A stretch of DNA of 62,245 bases, filler included, from Sphacelaria rigidula (taxonomy: Eukaryota): the NCBI GenBank assembly GCA_964200075.2. It is 9 parts of 9 records of this genome, joined end to end, with 100 filler letters (N's around TTAATTAATTAA, not from the genome) between each part and the next. Parts side by side here need not be neighbours in the genome. Positions count along the whole stretch, not along the records: positions 6,929 to 13,756 come from CAXNAA020017878.1; positions 13,857 to 20,683 come from CAXNAA020017879.1; positions 20,784 to 27,610 come from CAXNAA020017880.1; 6 more parts are not named here. One strand, written 5' to 3'. Positions within the stretch are counted from its first letter, which is position 1, and every line of letters begins with the position of its first letter. This document shows positions 13,270-22,694 of this stretch, piece by piece. Position numbers and translations under genes: made by a program. Under the pieces are notes generated by a model. The model was not told the DNA's origin and ran no database searches. It saw only the letters and a program-made list of their open reading frames with translations.

Positions 13270-13756
13270 TGCTACTCATTATCTTGCATGTCGTAGTCAT
13301 ATGACCATTGACCTCGCATCCCCAAAAAGCCGGGACGGAGCACGCAGGGTGAGCTGCATCCTGCTAAGGTTGCAGATGGATGACAGCCTCCAATGGGTTG
13401 CTTCCTTCCTTTTCTGGTGTCGACCCTTCCAGGGACAATCATGGGTCACACACTGTCTCACCATTGAAACACTACGAAGTATGATCATACCCCTCGTACC
13501 ATTTGAACACTACGTAGTATGATCATCTCCTTTGCGCGGAGCTGAGGTTCTCTCACCCCCGCACAACATGATTGAGCTCGACCACCATCGTTGTTATCGC
13601 GAAAAAAAAACGCAAGCACAAAGTGAATCGGTAACCTGGTTGCCTAACTTACCCAGTTAGTGGCATGTTTTACAGCGTCATTGCGGACCAACGCCAATCC
13701 CACGGGGGGAGGGGGGTGTACTCATGATCATGCATGCCATAGTCATAAGACCATTG
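13270..13756 (+). mobile_element. TRIM-like arrangement: LTR (13270-13636), ~80-bp internal part, second LTR from 13717 cut by the contig end
   Basis: The LTR unit is followed by TGGTTGCCTA (PBS-like, 13637), then a purine tract GGGGGGAGGGGGG (13704-13716), then TGTACTCATGATCATGCATGCC, which restarts the same unit. The same internal sequence follows the 10591 copy (11038-11110). Confidence 0.6.
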
Positions 13757-14099
13757 NNNNNNNNNNNNNNNNNNNNNNNNNNNNNNNNNNNNNNNNNNNN
13801 TTAATTAATTAANNNNNNNNNNNNNNNNNNNNNNNNNNNNNNNNNNNNNNNNNNNNCAATAACCGAAATGTTGGGGTCCTACGGGAAAATCCAATTTCAG
13901 GGTATTTCGGCGATCCGAGATGTAGTGTGGATACGAAGATTTTAATGCTCCGGGTTCTCATCCTCAATGAAAAGCACCACCCTCAACATAGATGATCGGC
14001 TGTTCCAGGCATGACTATCCCACTTCGTTCAGTGGTTGTCAGTGGTGGTTTCAGCATGTGTGTGTTATGTGTGAGTGGGCGAATACGAGAGTGAATTAA

Positions 14100-15352
14100 T
14101 TACATGAATGATACCTTGTCTCAACTGGCCATGGCAGGCCTACAACTTCCCGCGACAATGCACCCGGTGCATGAGGCTTTCTATCAGCCAGGCATTGCCT
14201 TTGCCGGGTCCTGGTCGATGGCAGGCGAAGGACAGTCGCGATACCGGGTCGTGTATCCGACCGCAAGAGGAACATGTGTTGCATACATCGTCGACGATGG
14301 GGAGCTGGATGCCACACACATCGTGACACATCTGCTCATGTCCCTTACCCCTCCTCATACTACTAACCGCGGTAGACCCTGCCGGCGCAGAATACACCCT
14401 GCTGCAGCTATCACGACTGCCAGCGGGACCTTGAGAGCTACTGCGTAGCGTCGATGTCCTCCCTCTTTCACCGCGCGTGCGATGTTCACCACGATCAGTG
14501 TCGGGGGGTGGTGTCCGGCGGTCGGGATGCCTCATTAGCTCACTGGCAACGCCGTTCGTAGGCGCCGGCGCTACCTGCTCTTGTTCCGAAGCCGCTCAAG
14601 TTGAACTGCGACACCTTCAACTCGACACCGGTCGACCCCAGGGGCGGTAACACATGTAGCCTTCTTTTTCTGCTTCGATTTTGACGCGGACGCGCATGCT
14701 GGAGTTGTTTGCGAGGTGCATGATCAGCCTGCTCGCTTGTTACGGTATCCCGACGTCGTGAAAAATCCCCTCGGTGACCCTCGATGAGGACCCCGTCTCT
14801 TGCATTGTAGGGGGATGTGGATATCCGTGCTGCCTCTGGAGAGTGTATCGCCAGAAGCTGAACTTCATTCACTCCGTTTCTGTGCTGCAACACAGCTTTC
14901 TGTTGTTTATGCCATGCTTCCAATGCACTGTCAACCTCCGGGTGATTTGTCGCGGTCCTCTTCCGTCTCGATGTACGTATGTGAGCATGCAGGGGTGTGC
15001 CTCCGCCGGAGTTGGGCGGGATACGTCTTTTCTTGCCCTTGGCTGACGGAGTTGAAGTATGCACCTCCACGACTTTACCACCGGCAGCTCTCCCGCTTGC
15101 AGGGAGTGTTACCCACTTCCCTGAAAAGCACTGTCGGCGGATTCCATGGCGACACCTCCCGTGTATTGTTGTCCGTCGCCGAGGTAGTGAAAATTTCACA
15201 AGTCGTGCCTTCTCCGTCCGATCAAAATTTGAAATTGTTACGTTCTGCGCTCGGACGGTCGTTGCATCCCTCCCACCCCTGTTTTTGTACAGATGCGCAA
15301 TCAGTGGACGCCATGGACGCCTCAGATGCACTGAACAACGCACTCGCCGCAT
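14100..15352 (-). pseudogene. Degenerate pogo/Tigger-like (CENP-B HTH + DDE_1) transposase remnant
   Basis: Minus-strand peptides in the expected order: RRKRTATNHPEVDSALEAWHKQQKA (HTH_Tnp_Tc5-like), KRRLHVLPPLGSTGVELK (resembles RLTVLLC..G..KL), GKGNAWLIESL (AWMT-like), QLRQGIIHV (QPxDQGII-like). Interrupted by stops and frameshifts. Confidence 0.5.
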
Positions 15353-15385
15353 CGTTTCCGTACGAAGGGGGGCTCAGCCACTTTT

Positions 15386-15810
15386 AACAGGGGGTTCTAT
15401 AAAATGAGGTTCATCAATGAAATGAGGTTCGAGCTTAAAACAGTACTTTCTCCACGCTGTCAGCGATGGTGCCCAATGACTCCCAATGACTTTCTTGTCG
15501 GCCTAATGCCCCTCGATCGCGTCGATACTTCTTCAGCGCATTTTATCGACTCTGTGAGCTTACAGCGCTGTCCGAAACCGCCATTTCTATTTTTTTTTAG
15601 GGGGGGGTGATGTCAGGGAAAACAGCAGTTTCGGTCAGCGCTGTAATCTCTCAGAGTCGGTAAAATGCGCTGAAAAAGTATCTACACGATCGAGGGGCAT
15701 TAGGCCGACAAAAACGTCATTGAGTACCATCGCTGAAAGCGTGGAGAAAGTACTGTTTTGGGCTCGAACCTCATTTCATTGATGAACCTCATTTTATAGA
15801 ATCCTCTGTT
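15386..15810. mobile_element. ~425-bp fold-back MITE
   Basis: AACAGGGGGTTCTATAAAATGAGGTTCATCAATGAAATGAGGTTCGAGC pairs with GCTCGAACCTCATTTCATTGATGAACCTCATTTTATAGAATCCTCTGTT. Arms pair for nearly 200 bp. Confidence 0.9.
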
Positions 15811-16014
15811 TTTTGCGATTTGAACCCTTCGCCAGCATGACCCTCGGCGATGTCCCTCAGATTTTCCACCGGCGCTGTACGTTCGGAGTGTGTGAGTGGA
15901 GATCTGCTTTCAACCGCGGATGTGGCATGTGTCGGACGTGATGTTGGCGACGGTGGTGTAGGCACTACATATTACCTGTCCGGAAGAGACGAAAAAACCA
16001 TAGATGGGCACAAC

Positions 16015-16225
16015 TGTAATGCGTGAGAGGACCGCGTGCTTAGAGGACCGCGCGGTTGTTCAAAATACCCTAAGATCGACGTTTTCCAAAACCAATCGGG
16101 TCAGTTCCTGCAGGTACCACGCCCCTGAGCCTAACTCCGACACTAACACTAACCCTAACCCGAACCATAAGGGCGTTCAAATTCCGATGCGGTCCTCTAA
16201 GCACGCGGTCCTCTCACGCATTACA
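16015..16225. mobile_element. 211-bp TGT...ACA TIR element with perfect 5-bp TSD and internal telomere-like hexamers
   Basis: TIR TGTAATGCGTGAGAGGACCGCGTGCTTAGAGGACCGC with its exact reverse complement at the right end. ACAAC at 16010-16014 and 16226-16230. CCTAAC/CACTAA/CCCTAA run at ~16123-16170. Confidence 0.85.
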
Positions 16226-17199
16226 ACAACGTCGCAGCCATGTGGTCTAGTTTTTGAGATTGTAAAGGGTCGGGGGTTCGTGTGAAAGGATGATACCCCG
16301 AAATGTAGGCATCCTCAACTTCGTTCAAAAGTCACAATCACCAGCGGGAACAAGGGGAAAGCAGTCGGATGTGTGGGATCTTCAGCACTTTTACTTTGCG
16401 CGGCATGAGTGTACGAGGGATGTTGTGGTGCTCTTATATCGAGACCGATTGCGATATCGTATCTCACGTTCGGTCTGCCCCGGCCGACGTCCCAGAAGTG
16501 CTTCAGACGTTGCATCCCAACTGTGAGTCTTGGTGTTCTTCCACATGTACGGTTAACGAATGTGCCGGGGAGTGGATGGTGGATGCGTGTGGGATTGTGC
16601 GTCAATACATTTGATCCCAGGTGTCTTCAATCGTGCGATTATCATGCTGTGCCGTCCAACGATAACGTGGTTTTGGTTGCCGCTCCATCTAAATATCATG
16701 GTCACTGCATGCGATCGTCGTACTGTTTTTTTGTTCAACTTCAGTGCTCAAAATCTACAGTATGTCGACGTACGCTCGGATTATCTCGCTCCACGTAGGG
16801 GGGTCGTTGGAACTCGGGTGCATGTTCCCAACATGCGCTCCTCGCGCAAAAAAAGGCACCAGGTGGGATTAATATTTTCCTTTATGGAGTACGTAACCCG
16901 CAGAATTACACATAACCCACGGCCGCATTTTGCGCATCGTGAATCCTGACGGCTTCGGCATGTCCGTCACATACGCACTACAGCAGGACTGTACAGTATG
17001 TTATTTCTTCCTGCAGTTGGCGCTCTTCATACCCGAGCACTACACTTTACAGACTGTACAACACTCTGTGCTGCACTGCACTTGACTGAACGAAGCCGTG
17101 CAGTTCTGTACTACACTAGGATGCACGGTATTGTGCTGCACGGGCCTGTACTGTACTGGGATGAACAGCTTGTAGAGCAGGAAGGGGGCTTCCCACGGC

Positions 17200-18905
17200 A
17201 TCCATGTGCTGGTGCGGAGCAAAATTTAAACTTTCAATTTTCAGTCACGTCGTTAATTTTGCGACACCGATGGATATAAGTGAATCCTTTTGCGACAGAA
17301 AGGTTACTTTGTCTACATGGTGAAATATTTCTCTCTATTTCTATTGGTGATGTAGGCCGAGCGCCGTAACACCGGAGGTCAGGTTTCACGAGGGGAGGTG
17401 GTGTTCACCCTGGGCCGCACGGATTCTGCCCTAACTCGTTCCATACAGCACTGTTGCCATTGCAATCTGCGACACGAACTGCCTGTCTATATATAACACA
17501 CCTTGCTCGTCCACACATGAGCTCCTTCCGCCTGAGCGACGCTGTCCGCTACTGCATGCACAGCTGGTGCGGACCGTCTTTGTGAAATCGGGATATTTGC
17601 CATCATCCACAGTTTTCCACAGTTTTCCACCGTTTTTCGCGGAGGCGTTTAAAAGACTATTGAAAAAACAAATCCACGGCGCAACACTGGTCCACACAAG
17701 GTCCACATGGGCCAGTGTTGCGCCCAGGGAAAATTTATTCATTATGGTAGGGATTCCAACGCCTACGCGAAAAACGGTGGGTGAGGGGAAATGTCCCGGT
17801 TTCGCAAGGACGGTCCGCACGTGCTGTGCATGCACCAGTGACCCGAACAACATCGCTCAGGAGAAAGGAGGAGACACATGAACAACCAAGGTGCGTTCAT
17901 ATATAGACAGACAGTTCCTCTCGCAGATTGCAACGGCTACAGTGCTGTGCACAACGAACTATGGCAGAATCCGTGCAGCGTAGGGTGAACACCATCCCCC
18001 CGTGTGAAATCTGACCTCCGGTGCTATGGGAGAGCACCGCCTTCGACCTACACCACTGACAGAGACACGGATGAGATTTTCTTCCTCTGCACACAAAATC
18101 CTCGCTATTTAAAAAAGATTTGCCGAAATCCATACATGCCGCAGAATAAACGAGGTCGCTAAAGTTTGAAAAGTTTCAACTTTGCTGCACACCAGTACAT
18201 GGAAGCTCCGGAGTGCCTGGTGTAATACTGTAATACGATCAGTACAAAACACTATAGTACAGCCCCCAGGTGAAACAAGAAGACGCATGAACCATCAGCG
18301 GGTATTGATATATAGCCAGATAGTTTCTGTCGCAAATTGCAACGGCAACGGTGCGGTGTGTAACGGCCTACGTACGACCTGTATGGCAGAACCCGTGCAG
18401 CGTAAGGTGAACATCACCCCCTCCCTGTAAAACCTGACCTCCGGTGTTAGACGAGAGCACGGCGCTCGACCGACACCACTGGCAGAGAGGTGGAGGGAAG
18501 CTCCACCTTCTTCACTACAAACAAATTCCACTACAAGAAGGTTTGCTGAAATCCATTTATGCCACAAATTAATCGACTTCCCTGAAGTATGAAAATCTTA
18601 AACTTTGGTCTATTCCCGTACACGGGATCTCCGGAGTGCCTGATGTGCCTTAATAAAATCTGTAAACAACCGTATAGCACAGCCCCCAAGTGGAAGGAGC
18701 ACCAGGATGAACGAATAAGATGTGTTGATATATAGTCAGACAGCTCCTCTCGCAACCCCCCCCCCTTCCCTTGTGAAACCTAACCTTCGGTGTTATGGGG
18801 GAGCACCGCGCTAGAGTCACACCACCGGCAGAGACACGGAGGGGGGTTTCGCCTTCTACACCAAAATAAAATCCATTACACGGGCGTTTGCTGAAATCCA
18901 TCCAT
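17200..18905. repeat. Compound repeat: one inverted and three tandem copies of a ~410-bp unit, with a small TIR element (17553-17834) in the loop
   Basis: 17200-17503 is the reverse complement of ~17890-18203. The unit (ATATATAG.CAGA.AGTT..TCGCA..CTGACCTCCGGTG..GAAATCCAT) recurs at ~18300 and ~18720. Inner TIR GCATGCACAGC..GTGCGGACCGTC / GACGGTCCGCACGTGCTGTGCATGC. Confidence 0.75.
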
Positions 18906-20030
18906 GTGTGAGGAAGGCGTATCGCCAGGGTAAACAGACTAAGGAGGAGGCTGTCTTGGGAGATGTCGTCGTGATGCCGAAGGTACTCCGAAGCTGGCGA
19001 TGATTTCCTCTTGTATATGTAGACAAGAAGTTGGGTCAGACGAGAAGTGGTCGCCTGGGGCGACCAGTCTCTCGGGGGATGTTGGACCGTCCTAATATCA
19101 GGCTCTTCTTGGCATCACCCCGAGTTGTCTAGTTTCGTTGGCATTACAGGGTCCTCGGTAATCTGGTCCTTCCGGACCATCCCTACCTTGTACCTGCTTG
19201 CGCTGGTTCTTCATACATGTGTGGCACCAGTCTCTGATATGTCACTGCAAAGAAGTGTCTTCCACATTTCTTCCCCCTTTATGCGCCTCAAGCTCATCAG
19301 GACTGTAGTTGGTGGGACGAGGCGGTCATCAGCTTTGCTGATGATACAATCGTGGAAGTGCCTTTGAGTGACAATCGTTGATTGAGTCACGCCACCGATA
19401 ATCCCAAAGGCAGACCTTCTCTATACTGTGGTATTGAGTAAACACCCCCAGAAAATTCTAGCTACCTGTGGTCAGTAACAGCGCATGTATTGCAAAGCCT
19501 TTAATTTTGGTTTCTTTTGTCATGTAGCTGTGTCATGTTTGACATGCTTCCATCAAATGCATTTGCACTTGGGTGCTGGTTACATCTGCTGGCATGAATG
19601 ACTGGGCACTGGGGCACTGATCGGTCCACGGGCGCCTGGGTTATTCCTGCCCGGGTTCTGGGAAGCCTTCGGTTCTGCTGACACCGGCGGTGGATATGAT
19701 GCTTTCAGCCTATGAGCATTGTGCTCTTTTGCCCTTGCTTTTTGTCAACAGCTACCCCCATTGCTGAGAGGCTATCTTCCTTGGGAAATTGCACCCCCGT
19801 TACCGCTGACATTTTAGACATTCTTCCGTTCATGTCTGTATTGTTCTAACGTCGTTACTTGATTATTTTTTTCATCTTTTTATTTATTTACTCTCATTGA
19901 TCTCCAAATTGTGACCCCAGGCTACTGCTCAACCCTTGAGCGTTTTGCTAGGAAGCTCGAACAGTTTGTTGAGCAGTCATATCCGTTTCCGTTTCCCGGT
20001 AGTTTTGGATTTTGAGCCCGGATGTGAACA

Positions 20031-20610
20031 CTATGATAACCCATTTCCATGACGGTATGTATCGATGAGATATTTATATTGTGATATTGCGTCCGCCCGA
20101 TAGGTCAGGTCAGCTGCTGGGCCGTAGCCCTTGAGTTTCAACCGATATTTATAGTTATGAAGACTTCTCCGACCTGGGCCTGGCGCGTGACCTACCACAT
20201 TTTCGACGGTGTGACGTTCTATTGTAGGCAACGTGTCGTCTGGTTGGTCTATCTCCGGTAGAGGTATCCGTCTGCCTAGGAACAACTCACTCAACTTGTC
20301 GAAGTCCGGTGCTGGCGCTGTTTGCCTCGGATGATAATTGTTCAAATGAGCGAGATGTACTGACACTTCTCTAAAGTCGTCGCCTATTTTGATGCTGCAC
20401 ACAGCCGGCGATCGTCTCTCGGTTATCGTGAAAGATCCTCTCCATGGTAAATGGAGTTTCGGGTTCGGCCCTTCTGAATCCTGGTATGGTCGATACAGAA
20501 GTACTTCTTGACCAGGTTTGAACACTGGGAACGGTTTTCATTTGTTCTTGTTTTCTTGCTCGCGCGCTCTTTCTCGTAGAGCTTGTCTCGCAATTTCAAA
20601 TCCAAACTGA
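20031..20610 (-). mobile_element. Ty3/Gypsy chromovirus pol 3' fragment (integrase C-terminal GPY/F region + chromodomain)
   Basis: FKPGQEVLLY..PKLHLPWRGSFTI..VHLAHL fits the GPY/F SH3-like module. VENVVGH..YKYRLKLKGYGPAADLTY fits a chromodomain. Frameshift near 20525; upstream part interrupted by a TIR element. Confidence 0.85.
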
Positions 20611-21050
20611 AGGTTTTGACACTTTCTACGATAGCCCCCCCCCCCCAAAAGTGCATGGTTTTGGGAGGCAAAATCTTCACCTANNNNNNNNNNNNNNNNN
20701 NNNNNNNNNNNNNNNNNNNNNNNNNNNTTAATTAATTAANNNNNNNNNNNNNNNNNNNNNNNNNNNNNNNNNNNNNNNNNNNNGATCCCTTGAGACCACG
20801 GACTCATCCCGAGGAAGGGGAGGGTTCAAATTGTGAGGGAAATAAATAAATCAAGCGATCGAACCATTATCAGCCCCCTTTTTTTCGGGCCAAACTAAAG
20901 GCATATCTCAAGGGCCAGGAGAACGTCAGCATAGAGGCAAGACGAACACTGACATCCTCGACTGGTTTCCATAACGCGTCCAACAAGTTTCACGCGGGAG
21001 TTGCGGCAAGCTGGGGCTAAAAATATTCCATTTCCTGCAGGACTACTCAC

Positions 21051-21307
21051 CCCTTCTTTGACCAACCCGAATGATCCATGGCCCAGCTCATCGCCTGGAA
21101 TGTAGTCTGTCTGCACATCGCACTGGATCACTTTTGCAACTATCGTGCAGTCGCCGGTCGACAAATCGGAGAACTTGTAGCTGCACGAAGTAATACCGGG
21201 GTCGTCGGTGCAGTAGTGGCCAACGTCGTCCCAGTAGCAGTGATGGTCATCGTTCGAGGCGCAAAAGCAGAGGTGGGCGAACACATTATTGTCATCAGCC
21301 ACACCAT
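21051..21307 (-). pseudogene. Probable first exon of a Ser/Thr protein kinase with a plastid-targeting-like leader, frameshifted
   Basis: DYIPGDELGHGSFGLVKEG (Gly-rich loop) ends exactly at a GTGAGT donor (21050-21045). An adjacent frame gives MVWLMTIMCSPTSAFAP plus a Thr/Ala-rich stretch and stops at 21140. Confidence 0.55.
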
Positions 21308-22694
21308 CTCATGATGAAGCCAACAAACCCTACCATTGATACATTCACGCGGGGAGGGCGACGGCGGAGGGTGAGGAGGGCAGGGGGTAGCGAGGGGTGC
21401 ACTCATGATCTTGCATGCCCTAGTCGAATGACATTTGACCTCGCATCCCTTCGAGGCCGGGACGGAGCATGCCAGGCTTTCGCCCGACCAGGCTCGCAAT
21501 CAATCACCAAGCGCGAAGCACCGTCATATGTGCGGCGAATCGCATGAAGGGTGAGCTGCATCCTGCTAAGCTTGTTCGGCCCGAAGCGCACTGAAGTTTT
21601 TGCTTTTTGGATGACAGCCTCCAATGAGTTGCTTCATTTTCTGGTATCGCCACCTCCAGAGACGGCCACGGGTTACACGCTGCCTCATTGGTGTCTAGCG
21701 GCGGGTGGGAGACGTGGTCAAAATCTTCGTCTCCCGTGGCCATAGGGGAAAATGCTTGAAAACGTAAATAACGAGAAAACGCCAATGTCAGGATGATAGG
21801 CTTAGTCCGAGATATCACCAATCTCAGACGCGGCGAGGACTGTAATAGAAAGTTTTGAACCCTTGCGCCCTACTGCGCTTCAAACGCGTGTGCTGTAGTC
21901 CTCACGTGTGCGGCGCGATTGAACATAATAGTGATTACGGGATTTGATTCAGCTGTGTCATTCGACGAGGACAACAGTTCTCGCACATGGAGTACGTGCG
22001 ACGCATCTAGTGACGACGACGAGGAGGAGGAGCAGAAGCAGGAGGAGGGGCATGAAAAAGATGGCTGCCTTGTGAAGGGTCAGTCAGGACAACTTCTTTC
22101 CGCTGAGGTGTAGGTCACATTTGATCATACAGCCCGTAGTGTCCAGTGTACATACGACCGCTGTCTCGCTGTGCCCTTGGGTGGGTCGCTCGATAGTATG
22201 GCAATGCCCTTGGGTGTATCGCCGGAGAGCGGCGAAAAGTAATCGAGAATATAGGCCGGAGGCAATCCGCGGCATCGAGCTCATGGTTTGCGGTTGTTTA
22301 TGCAAAGCTGCAGCTCGTGCGCTACACAGTGGAACTTCTGGGATGCTTCCTGCTCGAGACGCTACTGTAGGGTGCAAAATACCTCTCCGTGTGTCACAAT
22401 TGGATTTGGAATGCACGTTAAGGTAAGGCAGTAAACGAAAGCAAAATTTAATGACTGCTCCCCCCCCCGCCCCCGCCCCGAGAAGTGCACACTCGGAATT
22501 TGGGGTCGCAACACGTCGACACTCGTGTCGCGGAAGGGTGTACTCATGATCATGCATGCCATAGTCGTGCCGCAGAAGGGGAAGACATATCACGACAGCA
22601 CAACATATTTCACCTGAGGGAGACATGCAGACAGGATATACATGCACCATTCCCTTGACGCTTGATGTTCCCAAGAAATCGTACTCTGGGCAAT

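Noticed and set aside
13270-13716. Retrozyme (hammerhead-containing) interpretation of the TRIM-like repeat
   Set aside because: I found no CTGANGA...GAAA core with flanking helices on either strand by eye; a covariance-model search would be needed to exclude other ribozymes.
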